DNA from: Desulfobacter postgatei
GTDB lineage: Bacteria > Desulfobacterota > Desulfobacteria > Desulfobacterales > Desulfobacteraceae
Reading direction: 5' to 3'
NCBI GenBank assembly: GCA_002747145.1
Contig: PDTI01000014.1
Span: 1-57,217 of the forward strand
Length of the DNA: 57,217 nucleotides
This document shows, in pieces, positions 1 to 10,273 of this stretch. The first letter of the stretch is position 1. The number at the start of each line of letters is the position of its first letter. A program made the position numbers and the translations under genes. The notes under the pieces are model-generated. The model saw only the letters and a list, made by a program, of their open reading frames with translations, had not been told where the DNA came from and ran no database searches.

Positions 1-472
1 AGGCATATTCTGAGTTGGCCATGGTCAGCTTGCCTTCCAGGCTGACATGGTAGATGCCAATAGGTGCAATATTGCATATTTCCTGGATTTTCTGTTTGGG
101 CAAAAATTGTAACTCTGGACGAATGTCAGCAGCCGCATCCGTATTGACAGCGATCATCGATATGCCAAGCTTTTTCGACGCTAAACTCATGATGGGCGTA
201 TATGCTATCTGGCAGCAGCACTTATCTCCAGCCCCGTCTTGGATTTCAATGGTACGCCGCTCTGTGCAGGTGCAATTGAGCAGCCAGTCTTTATCCACAC
301 CGATCAAATTGTTCAAATACTCACCCAGTGCCTGACTTTCAGAATGATGAAACAGCCTTTGAGCCGGTGGATTCCAGGCTATAACACGAAGAGAACGATC
401 TGTTTCAATATAGGCCGTATCGGTAAAATTCAGTAAATTTCCAAGGGCAAGTGTTCGTTCAATGAGTTTCAT
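1..472 (-). CDS. PAS-domain sensor protein, 5' part (runs off window)
   Basis: Hand translation, not in ORF track: ATG at 472, MKLIERTLALGNLLNFTDTAYIETDRSLRVIAWNPPAQRLFHHSESQALGE...APIGIYHVSLEGKLTMANSEYA; two PAS-like motifs, open to window edge. Confidence 0.75.
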   Translation of the reverse strand, partial: MKLIERTLALGNLLNFTDTAYIETDRSLRVIAWNPPAQRLFHHSESQALGEYLNNLIGVDKDWLLNCTCTERRTIEIQDGAGDKCCCQIAYTPIMSLASKKLGISMIAVNTDAAADIRPELQFLPKQKIQEICNIAPIGIYHVSLEGKLTMANSEYA

Positions 473-523
473 AAATAATTCAATTTCAAAAATCAGCTCG
501 CCGCGTTGAGCGATCCTGGTCGA

Positions 524-572
524 CAGGCTGTTACGGAATAGATAATTTTTTCAAATTCGATGCAGAATAACA
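524..572 (-). mobile_element. MITE family D terminal fragment
   Basis: TCGA|CAGGCTGTTACGGAATAGATAATTTTTTCAA matches the ends at 11393, 17542, 50750 and 55542. Confidence 0.75.
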
Positions 573-706
573 AACCCCATATGATGTTACAATAGGCAGT
601 TTCAAACAGATGGCCGGCCGGATAGGTTAAGCCATATCCCCACCGCTTGATAATCTTTTTATTCTCTGTTATACCCTGCCTGAAAAACTTGCAGGAGCAC
701 GGTTTC

Positions 707-1999
707 ATGCAGCAGAAAAAAATTTTTTACGGATGGACTATCGTTGCCGTGGCTTTTTTGATCGGCCTTACCCAGGCCGGTGTATTCCAAAATGTTCTGT
801 CTATCTTCCTTAAGCCCATGTCCCAAGCGTTTGGCTGGAATCGCTCCATCATCACCGGCTCCATTGCTGTCGGCTCCCTATCCGGCGGCATCCTTTCTCC
901 TGTGCTTGGCCCTTACCTGGATCGTCATGGCCCTCGAAAAGCCGCATTCTGGGGCATTACCATTTTAAGTGCGGGCCTGATCGCATTGTCACAACTGTCT
1001 TCGGTCTGGCAGCTCTACCTGTTTTTTGGCACCGGCAGGATGATCTCCTCGGGTCTGCTGTCCCTGGTGGTCACGGTCAGTGTCTCCAACTGGTTTATTG
1101 AAAAACGGGGGCGGGCCATGGGAATTTCCCAGTTGGGCAGCCGCATCGGCATCGCGTTTCTCCCGTTGCTGGTACAGCATATTATTCTTTCCTATGGGTG
1201 GCGCACGGCCTGGGCCGTATTGGGCGGTATTGTATTTGCTTTTTCGGCGCTTCCCAGTCTGATTTTTCTGAAACGAAGACCCGAAGACGTTGGGTTACTG
1301 CCGGATGGCAGAGCACCGGAAAAAAATCTAAGGAGCGGCAAAGCACCGGATGAGACAAAACAGGCAACGGTTTTGAATCTGGAAAATGAACCCGTGTGGA
1401 CTCGCAAAACGGCCTTTCAGACCGTTTCATTCTGGCAGCTGGTGTTTGTCATGTGTGTGATTTATCTGGTTGGAGCCGGGTCTAATTTTCACCTGTTTCC
1501 ATTTATGACGGACCAGGGATTGCCGGCAACCATGGCGGTGCTGGTTATCACTGTTTTATCGGTTTGCGCCGCACTGGGCGGGGTGTTGTTCGGTTTTCTG
1601 GCCGAAAAAATCTCGGTTAAAATACTCATGGGCGGTGTGCTGATCACCATCGGAATCCTCTTCTATACGGTTTTCTGGGCTGTCAAGTCGCCTGTGTGGA
1701 TCTTTTTATTTGCCCTTGTGTACGGCACGATCCGAGGTGGGGTCTTGCCGTTAATTTTTCTGCTTTGGACAGAATTTTACGGCAGACGATCCTCTGGAAC
1801 CGTGCTGGGAATTGCCGGGCCCTTCCGGATGGCTGCAAACGCTGCCGGACCGGTTTCAGCAGCCATCTTTTTTGACCTGTTCCATAGCTACTGGATTCCC
1901 TTTTCAGCCTTTACGATCCTTTTGGTGATGGCCGGTCTTTTGTGTTTGGCCGCAAAACCGCCTGTCAGCCCGCAATTGGGTTTTCCCCCCGGCAAGTGA
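707..1999 (+). CDS. MFS transporter
   Basis: About 12 hydrophobic segments, motif-A-like GPYLDRHGPR, NWFIEKRGRAMG; AGGAG RBS before ATG 707. Confidence 0.9.
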   Translation: MQQKKIFYGWTIVAVAFLIGLTQAGVFQNVLSIFLKPMSQAFGWNRSIITGSIAVGSLSGGILSPVLGPYLDRHGPRKAAFWGITILSAGLIALSQLSSVWQLYLFFGTGRMISSGLLSLVVTVSVSNWFIEKRGRAMGISQLGSRIGIAFLPLLVQHIILSYGWRTAWAVLGGIVFAFSALPSLIFLKRRPEDVGLLPDGRAPEKNLRSGKAPDETKQATVLNLENEPVWTRKTAFQTVSFWQLVFVMCVIYLVGAGSNFHLFPFMTDQGLPATMAVLVITVLSVCAALGGVLFGFLAEKISVKILMGGVLITIGILFYTVFWAVKSPVWIFLFALVYGTIRGGVLPLIFLLWTEFYGRRSSGTVLGIAGPFRMAANAAGPVSAAIFFDLFHSYWIPFSAFTILLVMAGLLCLAAKPPVSPQLGFPPGK

Positions 2000-2013
2000 A
2001 AGGTGATGATTAA

Positions 2014-2172
2014 GGCCCATGATCAGAATTAAATCTTCCAAAGCTGCGCCGGATTTTAAGTCGCCATCAAGGCACGCCAATGGACGCATATTTCATATAT
2101 GTGTCCGTTGGCGTAACGCCGGGGGCGGCTTAAAAGACAAACAGATGGGAGATTTTATTTTGATCATGGGGC
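2014..2172. mobile_element. MITE family B, full copy
   Basis: TIRs GGCCCATGATCAGAATTAAATC / GATTTTATTTTGATCATGGGGC, TAA on both sides, long internal palindrome, no ORF; several other copies in window. Confidence 0.85.
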
Positions 2173-2179
2173 TAAGCCC

Positions 2180-2983
2180 ATGGTGAAACGCCAAGTAAAA
2201 ATTATCGGAATTGGTCTGGGAAATCCAGGGCATTTGACCGGACACGCCATAGCGGCACTTCGGCAGGTCAATGTATTTCTCATTGCCGATAAAGGTGACG
2301 CTAAAAAAGAGATGGTTGCCGCCAGAAAGGCAGTTTGTGAGGCATTTCTGGAACCAGGCAGCTATGATTTTGTGAAAATTTCAGATATGGATCGCGGGCC
2401 GGATGCAAAACGGGGGGCAGCCGACTATCGAAAAGGCGTTCAGATATGGCGGCAAGCGCGTGTGAGTAGTTATGTCCGTGCGATCAAGGCATTACCCCCC
2501 AATAAGGTCGTGGGATTTCTGGCATGGGGTGACCCTGGGTTTTACGACAGCCTCATCGGCATTGTCAAAGAGATCGGCCGGATCATTCCCCTGGATGTAC
2601 GGGTGATCCCAGGGATCTCTGCGATACAGGCACTGGCAGCAGAAAATGTTATCTGTCTGAACCGGGTGGCGGCACCTATCCATATCACCACGGGGCGTCG
2701 ATTACCCGGGGAATGGTCCCCTGAACTTGGAACGGTGGTGGTCATGCTGGATAAGGGCCTGGCCTGTGCCCAGTTGGTGGAACGGGCGCCTGATCTTGAA
2801 ATCGTCTGGGGCGCTTATATCGGGTTTCCCTGGCAGATCATCCGCCGCGGACGGCTGGCGGACATGATTCATGAGTTGATTCCATTGCGGGAAAAACTTC
2901 GGCGAAAACACGGGTGGATCATGGATACCTACATTCTGCGCGGCCCGGAGATGACAGATGACACACCGCCCCTGGAGATTTGA
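2180..2983 (+). CDS. cobF: precorrin-6A synthase (deacetylating), CobF
   Basis: IIGIGLGNPGHLT..AIAAL, FLIADKG..K, FLAWGDPGFYDS, VIPGISAIQALAA, ITTGRRL, WGAYIG, HGWIMDTYILR. Confidence 0.88.
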   Translation: MVKRQVKIIGIGLGNPGHLTGHAIAALRQVNVFLIADKGDAKKEMVAARKAVCEAFLEPGSYDFVKISDMDRGPDAKRGAADYRKGVQIWRQARVSSYVRAIKALPPNKVVGFLAWGDPGFYDSLIGIVKEIGRIIPLDVRVIPGISAIQALAAENVICLNRVAAPIHITTGRRLPGEWSPELGTVVVMLDKGLACAQLVERAPDLEIVWGAYIGFPWQIIRRGRLADMIHELIPLREKLRRKHGWIMDTYILRGPEMTDDTPPLEI

Positions 2984-3019
2984 ACCGATGGCTGCAATGC
3001 GCAACGGAAAAGAGGGCTG

Positions 3020-3778
3020 ATGATTCTTGTCCTTGGCGGCACATCGGAAGCACGTGAACTTATACTATTGTGTGTAACGCACAATATTCCTGTGATGTAC
3101 ACCAGCACCACCCCCATTCTGGATGAATTCGCGCCCACGGTTGAATGCCGGGTCGGACAGCTTTCACCCGGAACCTTGCAGCGCCTGATCCGGGAACGGC
3201 GCATTTCAAGCGTTGTGGATGCCACACATCCCTTTGCGGTCAGGATTTCACGGTTGGCCATGGATGTGTGCAACCGCACGAAAACCCCCTATTTACGGCT
3301 GGAGCGGAAAAGCCTCGCACAGCCGGCCGGCTGCCGGTATCTGTATCAGATCGACACCGTTGAACAGGCAGCACGCCTTGCCCGTGAAACACCCGGGGGA
3401 ATTCTCTCTGCCATTGGTGTGCGTAAACTGCCAAAGTTAGTGGCGCATCTTGGACGTCGCAAAAGTGATCTTTTTGCCCGGGTCCTGCCGGTGGTAGATT
3501 CCCTTGCAATCTGTGATCAGCTTGGGATTCGCCCATCCCACATTATTGGCATGCGCGGTCCGTTCTCCGCCGAATTTGACAGCGTGCTGATTGAGCAATT
3601 CGGTATCACCACCATGATTGCAAAGGAGTCAGGGGACAGAGGAGGAGTTGGCGCCAAACTTAGCGCATGCGAAAAAACCGGGTGCAAACTGCTGCTGATC
3701 GCCCGGCCTGTCATGGAATATCCCCATCAGGTCTCCACTCCCGTTAACTGCCTTTCATGGATCAAAGCCCATCTATAA
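3020..3778 (+). CDS. cobK: (cobalt-)precorrin-6A reductase CobK/CbiJ
   Basis: ILVLGGTSEAREL, VVDATHPFA, IGMRGPFSAE, AKESG..GG..AK, IARP. Confidence 0.9.
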   Translation: MILVLGGTSEARELILLCVTHNIPVMYTSTTPILDEFAPTVECRVGQLSPGTLQRLIRERRISSVVDATHPFAVRISRLAMDVCNRTKTPYLRLERKSLAQPAGCRYLYQIDTVEQAARLARETPGGILSAIGVRKLPKLVAHLGRRKSDLFARVLPVVDSLAICDQLGIRPSHIIGMRGPFSAEFDSVLIEQFGITTMIAKESGDRGGVGAKLSACEKTGCKLLLIARPVMEYPHQVSTPVNCLSWIKAHL

Positions 3779-3813
3779 AAACCCTGGCTCATGATGCGTT
3801 TCGGGTGCTTACG

Positions 3814-5616
3814 TTAATTGTTTTTTTGCTGCGCGTACAGTGAAGGCACAGCCATACCCCGGCGGTTCAACCCTTGCACTGTCATCCATCGGTTCCGGCG
3901 GTCTTCGGTTGATCCGGCCAGGGTGATGGGGCGATTGCCCCGCCGGTGGATACCGATGTAGAATGCCTGGGGATAGTGTTCATACATGGTTTCAGGCGTT
4001 TTGGATGAGGTGTTCACAAAATCATAGGTTTGCACAAAGGAATCTTTTGCATATTCGCCGTAGCCGGTGATCTTTGCCGGGGCCTCAATGTTCCAGAAAA
4101 CATTTCTTACGCCGGCATGGGGCATCACGCTCAAATCACCGCCCGGGCAGACATAGAAGCCCTTCATTTTTTCAAATAAATTTTCAAAAGGAAAGATACC
4201 GTGAAAATCCATGGCCGTGTCCGTGCCTGAATACAGATCTCTGCCTTCATAATGTGTCGTGCACCGGGTGATAACGTTTCCTGATGCGGTCATTGTCAGC
4301 GTCACCGGATGGACCAGCCGGGCATGAAACGCGACATTTTCGATCAGATTATCGTTTGCCCAGCCGATAGTGATACCGGCATGTCCCTGCTGCCCTGTAA
4401 ATGTCAGATCCTTGAGCGTCCACTGGGCGGACCGGCTGAGGATAATTCCCTGGGTCATGTCGGCAAAGACCACATCTTGTACCCATCCGTTCACGGCATT
4501 GCTGATCCAGATGCCACCCCACAGATAGTCCTGCTCCTGGGCGGTACGGATTATTTTTGCCTCCGCATCCAGAAAGGGTTTGTGGTGCCGGTACCCGCCG
4601 GGCCATGCACTTTCAATGCGCAGGTGTTCAATGCCGATCTTTCGAATCCCGCTGAACCAAAAAATTTTAGGGGTGTAGCGCAAAGGCTGATCGAATCTGG
4701 CCGGACGGGTCAGGCGGATGGTATGGGCATCAATAATCTTTTCAATGCCTGCGATCCAGGAAAGCGTTTGAACCGCAGGCCCAAACGTATCTTTCTGAAC
4801 AGGGCTGAGCGTGAAAGGTGTGGTCAGTTGCACGGGGATATCCGCTTTATTGGGTGCCGGATGCATGGGATCGATGAGGGGATCGCTGCATACGATGGTC
4901 ACGATCTGTCCTGCAGAAAATTTCCCGGCATCAGTCACCTGGATATCTGTTTGTCCCCGGACCACCTCTTTTGTATACGCGGCCAGTTCATGACCCTCCC
5001 CAGCGCCGAGGACGGCTAACGCGGCATGATGCCGGGCATCTATCCGGGCAGAAACGGTTCCCAGACGACGGATCAGCCCCGCTTTCCCCGGCGCACCCAT
5101 GAAAAGGGTGGTTCCGGTTTTATCCGAGCCCTGACCCCGCAAAACGATACCATCAGAACAGATTTGAAGATAAGGAGACGTTTCGGTCTGATGAATGTCG
5201 TATCGGCCTTTGGGCAGAAACACAACACCGCCGCCGACTGCTGCCGCAGCATCAATGGCCGCCTGGATGGCCAAGGTGTCTTCTTTGCCGTCATCCGGAA
5301 CAGCGCCAAACCGAACATGGGTGACATCAAACACCGGTGTTTTTATTTCGGGTATTGTTTTTTCTCCCATACCGTAACCGGCCCTTGAAAAGTCTGGAAG
5401 GCTTGTGCCTGTCGGACCGTTCCTGACAAAATCCTTCCACACGCCAGGCGTCCATGTTTCTGCTGTTTTATCTACCCAGGCCGGCCCTTTTTTTTCTCCG
5501 GATATTTGTTTTTCCATTCCTGGCTGATAGCATCCGATCGATAAAAAATAAGGCAAAATAAAAATGAGCATTCCATTTAACATCAATCCATAATTTAAAT
5601 TGTTCAACAGTTTCAT
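3814..5616 (-). CDS. secreted/lipoprotein pectate-lyase-like beta-helix protein (DUF4955-like)
   Basis: LPDFSRAGY, FGAVPDDGKEDTLAIQAAIDAA..GGGVVFLPKGRY (pectate_lyase_3-type N-terminus); hydrophobic leader ending in GC; start uncertain. Confidence 0.7.
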   Translation of the reverse strand: MKLLNNLNYGLMLNGMLIFILPYFLSIGCYQPGMEKQISGEKKGPAWVDKTAETWTPGVWKDFVRNGPTGTSLPDFSRAGYGMGEKTIPEIKTPVFDVTHVRFGAVPDDGKEDTLAIQAAIDAAAAVGGGVVFLPKGRYDIHQTETSPYLQICSDGIVLRGQGSDKTGTTLFMGAPGKAGLIRRLGTVSARIDARHHAALAVLGAGEGHELAAYTKEVVRGQTDIQVTDAGKFSAGQIVTIVCSDPLIDPMHPAPNKADIPVQLTTPFTLSPVQKDTFGPAVQTLSWIAGIEKIIDAHTIRLTRPARFDQPLRYTPKIFWFSGIRKIGIEHLRIESAWPGGYRHHKPFLDAEAKIIRTAQEQDYLWGGIWISNAVNGWVQDVVFADMTQGIILSRSAQWTLKDLTFTGQQGHAGITIGWANDNLIENVAFHARLVHPVTLTMTASGNVITRCTTHYEGRDLYSGTDTAMDFHGIFPFENLFEKMKGFYVCPGGDLSVMPHAGVRNVFWNIEAPAKITGYGEYAKDSFVQTYDFVNTSSKTPETMYEHYPQAFYIGIHRRGNRPITLAGSTEDRRNRWMTVQGLNRRGMAVPSLYAQQKNN

Positions 5617-5722
5617 TGTTCGGGCCGCCTTTCCAGTTAGATAGGGGGTTATTCGTGTTGTCACCCTATGAGGCATTGAGGTGAATCATATCGGTATGTG
5701 GATATGATTGTCAATTTTACAA

Positions 5723-5751
5723 TTGACTCAGTCGATGAGACGCTTTATAGT
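5723..5751 (+). promoter_or_regulatory. putative sigma70 promoter of MBOAT gene
   Basis: TTGACT-17 nt-TATAGT; a back-to-back minus-strand TTGACA-18 nt-TATGAT starts at 5714. Confidence 0.55.
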
Positions 5752-5870
5752 CCACCAGTGTAAGACGTACCAAGACGCTTATGGTTTCAATGTTGCTGAA
5801 AAACAAAAAAAACATCCTGCCCGGTCCCGACAATTGACCACTTGAACCCAATCCCCCGTTACGGACGACC

Positions 5871-7325
5871 ATGCTATTCAACTCCTTCCAATTCGCTGTC
5901 TTTTTTCCGGTTTTAATCGGGCTCTACTATCTGATCCCACATCAGTACAGATGGTTTTTGCTTTTATCATCAAGCTATTTTTTTTATTCCTTTGCAAAAA
6001 TCGAATACATCTTTCTGCTCATGGGATCGACCCTGGTCAATTATAGCTTGGGGCTTCTCATCTCCGGCACCCCGAAGAAAAAAAGAAAACCGTATATGTG
6101 GGCAGGTGTCTTTTTCAACATCGGAATCCTGTTTTTGTTCAAATATTTCAACTTCTTCAGCAAATCAGCCACCAATGTGCTTGGTGCACTGAATATCCGC
6201 CAGGATATGCCCATGTTTGAACTGCTCCTTCCGGTGGGCATCTCTTTTTATACATTCCAGGGCCTGGCCTATATTCTGGACGTTTATGACGACAAGGTGC
6301 CAGCGGAACGAAAACCACACATATTTGCCTTGTTCACGGCATTCTTTCCCCCGCTGCTTTCGGGTCCAATCAACCGGGCCCGTGACCTGATGCCCCAATT
6401 CAAACAGCCCCACCCCTTTGATTATCAGAACATGACCCAGGGATTGCGGCTTATACTCTGGGGCCTTGTCAAAAAAATGGTCATTGCCGACCATCTTGCC
6501 GTGTATGTCAACCGTGTATACAACCATGCGGACGATTATCAGGGCGTTGCACTCATGATCGCCACTGTGTTTTATACTGTCCAGATCTACTGCGATTTTT
6601 CAGGGTATACGGATATGGCCCGGGGCAGTGCCCAGGTTTTGGGATATGACCTGATGGAGAACTTCAGGCATCCTTATTTTTCAAAATCCCTTCACGAATT
6701 CTGGCAACGCTGGCATATCTCCCTGTCCACCTGGTTCCGGGATTATGTCTATATCCCGTTAGGCGGAAACCGGGTGACAAAATGGCGATGGCGGTACAAT
6801 ATTTTTGTTACTTTTATGGTCAGCGGGCTATGGCACGGTGCAAACTGGACATTTGTGATCTGGGGCGTTTTGCATGGCGTTATACTGATGTTAGAAAACG
6901 CCACACACCATTTCCAGAGGCGGCTGGCAGACAGGTTGTTTCCAAACAAAGCGTCCAGGCTGAATCAAGGGATACAGGTGGCGATCACGATGTGTATGGT
7001 GTCGTTTTCCTGGATATTTTTCCGGGCCAATTCGATCTCGGATGCATTCACCATTATCCGTAATATGTGCTGCATCAATATTGACGGCTTTGGTTTAAAG
7101 CAGGCCGGCATTGATGTTGTGGGGATCCCGCAGTTTATTTTTCTACTTTCTATGATTGTATTGCTTTTTAGTGTGGAAATGTGGGAACGGCGGGGGTGGA
7201 TCCAGGAACAGACAGGAGACCTTCCCCTCACGATCCGCTGGGCTGTCTATACCATTGCATGCTGGTCTGTATTGATTTCAGCGGTATTTGGCGTAAAACA
7301 GGAATTCATTTATTTTCAATTCTAA
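5871..7325 (+). CDS. MBOAT O-acyltransferase, AlgI/PatA/DltB-like
   Basis: MLFNS, LPVGISFYTFQ, QIYCDFSGYTDMA, EFWQRWHISLSTWFRDYVYIPLGG, SGLWHGANWTF, C-terminal FIYFQF. Confidence 0.95.
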   Translation: MLFNSFQFAVFFPVLIGLYYLIPHQYRWFLLLSSSYFFYSFAKIEYIFLLMGSTLVNYSLGLLISGTPKKKRKPYMWAGVFFNIGILFLFKYFNFFSKSATNVLGALNIRQDMPMFELLLPVGISFYTFQGLAYILDVYDDKVPAERKPHIFALFTAFFPPLLSGPINRARDLMPQFKQPHPFDYQNMTQGLRLILWGLVKKMVIADHLAVYVNRVYNHADDYQGVALMIATVFYTVQIYCDFSGYTDMARGSAQVLGYDLMENFRHPYFSKSLHEFWQRWHISLSTWFRDYVYIPLGGNRVTKWRWRYNIFVTFMVSGLWHGANWTFVIWGVLHGVILMLENATHHFQRRLADRLFPNKASRLNQGIQVAITMCMVSFSWIFFRANSISDAFTIIRNMCCINIDGFGLKQAGIDVVGIPQFIFLLSMIVLLFSVEMWERRGWIQEQTGDLPLTIRWAVYTIACWSVLISAVFGVKQEFIYFQF

Positions 7326-7336
7326 AAAAAGTTAAA

Positions 7337-8251
7337 ATGAGCGGAAAACAATTTATCATAAAATTAGTGATCTTTGGGGCGCTCAATCTTTTTATTCTCA
7401 CACTCCTTCTTTATAGCGTTTCAGGGCGGCACAGGGATATGCATCTTTCGTATGCCCAAACCGAGTCAAATCTGCTGGTCATTGGAAAAAACGAACATTA
7501 TCCCATTGTCTTTTTAGGAACCTCAAGGGGCCGCGTGTTTTCCCGGGATGGCAACCATGAAATGGTGGAAAAAATCCTGGGCAAAAAGGTTGCCAACCTG
7601 TCCAAAGGGGGCGGCGGCGGTCTGATGCCCATGGATGTTCATCTGTGTTTTTTCATGAATCAGGGAAATACAGCAGATCATATTATTTATCTGGTGGACC
7701 CGTTTGTTTTCTATTCTTCCATCAACAATGAACACAACGATTTCTTTCTCAGGGATGAACCATTCGAACTATTCATCTTCTTAAAGCTTATTAAAGACCG
7801 TTATCCGTTAGACCGGCTCTCATCCTACCTTCAAAATATTGCGGTCACGGATTGGCGAAAAATATCCCGCTATGCAGCCCCCGGACTGACCAACGGCAGA
7901 CTTAAAAAAATTGATGAAGAAAAGCTGGAAAAGGCGAGAAAACATTACCTGGAAAAGTGTGACCGGAACAGCTTTGTCGCATACGGCCATGTAGTTGATG
8001 ACATTAATCGACGGGTGAAAACCCATGGCGCCACCATCACCTATGTGATGCTCCCCCTGTTGATGCCTGATTTTCCTGGCCTGTCTGAGGTAGATGCATT
8101 CCTGCGGGAAACTGCGGATCGCCAGGCTGGGGTCTTTTACATCAACTGTGCGTCGTGCATGCAGGATAAAAAATTTTATTACGATCATATGCATTTTAAT
8201 AAAACAGGCATTGCGTACTTTTTAAAGCACTGCATCCTTCCCATTTTCTGA
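7337..8251 (+). CDS. SGNH-like periplasmic acyltransferase partner (AlgJ/DltD-like)
   Basis: N-terminal TM, FLGTSR (block I) and YYDHMHFN (DxxH); directly follows the MBOAT gene. Confidence 0.7.
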   Translation: MSGKQFIIKLVIFGALNLFILTLLLYSVSGRHRDMHLSYAQTESNLLVIGKNEHYPIVFLGTSRGRVFSRDGNHEMVEKILGKKVANLSKGGGGGLMPMDVHLCFFMNQGNTADHIIYLVDPFVFYSSINNEHNDFFLRDEPFELFIFLKLIKDRYPLDRLSSYLQNIAVTDWRKISRYAAPGLTNGRLKKIDEEKLEKARKHYLEKCDRNSFVAYGHVVDDINRRVKTHGATITYVMLPLLMPDFPGLSEVDAFLRETADRQAGVFYINCASCMQDKKFYYDHMHFNKTGIAYFLKHCILPIF

Positions 8252-8267
8252 TTAAAATTGTAACGAC

Positions 8268-8385
8268 TATAATATCCAGCCTGTACGGCTTGAGACGTTT
8301 GCTCAAAAAGACCGTTTCGCAGGGCCCCTGTTATAAAGACGCAAACTGGCAACTTGCTGGAGAAACTAAAGGTCGTGGTAAATTA
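8268..8385 (+). pseudogene. fragment of DUF4338 (DruA-like) gene
   Basis: YNIQPVRLETFAQKDRFAGP / one-base frameshift / CYKDANWQLAGETKGRGKL. Confidence 0.7.
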
Positions 8386-8403
8386 GCATTCTGAAACAGC
8401 CTG
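8380..8403 (-). mobile_element. MITE family D terminal remnant
   Basis: AAATTAGCATTCTGAAACAGCCTG is close to the reverse complement of the D end at 22353. Confidence 0.6.
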
Positions 8404-8569
8404 CCGAATATTTACGATTTGCCACTGGCCAGATGTTGTAAAAAACAGACGGTGGATTTGCAAGACATTTAAGAGCTTGATTTGATAATGAAATGCTGTT
8501 AAATTTTCACCCTTAATTTTACTATTTTTCAAGGCTTTTTGCATGATCGGGCAGATGAAAGAGACATCC

Positions 8570-10183
8570 ATGACACCCCCCACCAACAAAAACTTAGACA
8601 AGACATTACTACCGGAAATAAAAAAACGCAGAACATTTGGCATTATCAGCCATCCAGATGCCGGTAAAACAACGTTAACGGAAAAGCTGCTGTTGTTCGG
8701 CGGTGCCATCCAGCAGGCCGGTGCCGTAAAATCCAGAAAAGCGGCCCGGGCCGCCACCTCGGATTTTTTATCAATTGAGCAGGAGAGAGGTATTTCCGTA
8801 TCGTCTTCTGTGATGAAATTTAATTATAAGGACTATGAAATCAATCTTCTGGACACCCCGGGACATAAGGATTTCAGTGAGGATACTTACCGGGTGCTCA
8901 CCGCGGTGGACTGTGCCGTGATGATAATTGACTCTGCCAAAGGGGTGGAACCCCAGACCCAGAAGCTGATGGAGGTGTGCCGGATGCGTAATACGCCTAT
9001 CATTACTTTTATCAACAAACTGGACCGTGAAGGGCTTGAGCCCCTTGATCTTTTCCAGGATATTGAGGATAAGCTGCAGATTGAGTGCGTGCCGTTGACC
9101 TGGCCCATTGGCATGGGAAAACGGTTTAAAGGGGTGTATAACCTGGAAGATCGGCAGTTGGGGATTTTTTCCCCGGGATACACCCCTAAAAATGATGACG
9201 GCGTATTGATTGAAGACCTTGATGATCCAGCACTGGATGAAATGATCGGCCAGAGCCCGGCGGGTCAGCTGCGCGAGGATGTGGAGCTGCTTTCTGTGGC
9301 TGCAGAACCCTTTGATCTTGACCTTTATCTCAACGGCACCCAGACCCCGGTGTTCTTCGGTTCTGCCATCAACAATTTCGGGGTTCGGGAGATGCTGGAT
9401 GCATTTGTCCGGATTGCACCATGCCCTGGGGTCCGGCCCACAGCGTCCCGGGATGTGGATCCATCTGAGGCAGCATTCTCAGGGTTCACCTTTAAAATCC
9501 AGGCCAACATGGACCCCGAGCACAGGGACAGAATTGCTTTTTTCAGGATCTGTTCGGGAAAATTCACCAAAGGCATGAAGGTCCGGCACCACCGCATTGG
9601 AAAAGATATCAAAATTGCCAATGCCACCATTTTCATGGCCCAGGAGAGGTCCAATGTAGAAGAGGCGTATCCAGGGGATATCATCGGCATCCATAACCAC
9701 GGCACCATCAAGATCGGGGATACCTTTACCACAAAAGAACCCTTGACATTTTTAGGCATCCCCAATTTTGCCCCGGAACATTTCAGGCGGGTCCTGCTTA
9801 AAGATCCTTTGAAAGCCAAGGCCCTGACAAAGGGGTTGACCCAACTGGCGGAAGAGGGCACCATCCAGGTGTTTCGTCCTTTGAACGGCAACATGCATAT
9901 CATTGGTGCCGTGGGCGTACTCCAGTTTGATGTGACCATGGCACGGCTTAAGGCTGAGTATAATGTCAATGCCGGATACGAACCCATAGACCTGTCCGTA
10001 GCCCGGTGGGTGGAATGTGAAAACGAATCACAGCTCAAAGCCTTTGTCCGGAAAAACGAATCCAGTCTGGCCCGGGATGCACAGGGGCGTTTGACCTTTC
10101 TGACCACAAGTGAATATCAGCTTGGATTTACCCAGGAGGAGTGGCCGGACATTGAGTTCCACAAAACAAAGGAACACAGCTAA
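8570..10183 (+). CDS. prfC: peptide chain release factor 3
   Basis: [55 protein letters not shown]. Confidence 0.97.
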   Translation: MTPPTNKNLDKTLLPEIKKRRTFGIISHPDAGKTTLTEKLLLFGGAIQQAGAVKSRKAARAATSDFLSIEQERGISVSSSVMKFNYKDYEINLLDTPGHKDFSEDTYRVLTAVDCAVMIIDSAKGVEPQTQKLMEVCRMRNTPIITFINKLDREGLEPLDLFQDIEDKLQIECVPLTWPIGMGKRFKGVYNLEDRQLGIFSPGYTPKNDDGVLIEDLDDPALDEMIGQSPAGQLREDVELLSVAAEPFDLDLYLNGTQTPVFFGSAINNFGVREMLDAFVRIAPCPGVRPTASRDVDPSEAAFSGFTFKIQANMDPEHRDRIAFFRICSGKFTKGMKVRHHRIGKDIKIANATIFMAQERSNVEEAYPGDIIGIHNHGTIKIGDTFTTKEPLTFLGIPNFAPEHFRRVLLKDPLKAKALTKGLTQLAEEGTIQVFRPLNGNMHIIGAVGVLQFDVTMARLKAEYNVNAGYEPIDLSVARWVECENESQLKAFVRKNESSLARDAQGRLTFLTTSEYQLGFTQEEWPDIEFHKTKEHS

Positions 10184-10273
10184 CGTGTCATACGCGATCC
10201 GTTTAGAAAAATACCGTCTGGATGAAACAGTTCTGGGTATTGATCAAACACATGAAAATCGTTACATTCTGAC

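Noticed and set aside
570-706. Cobalamin riboswitch ahead of MFS-cobF-cobK
   Set aside because: No B12-box or GGGAA..CGGTG..AA.TCCG core visible
9325-10107. Long antisense ORFs (also 4309-5019, 16859-17536, 40465-41175, 42770-43498)
   Set aside because: Shadows of well-supported genes on the opposite strand; no motifs
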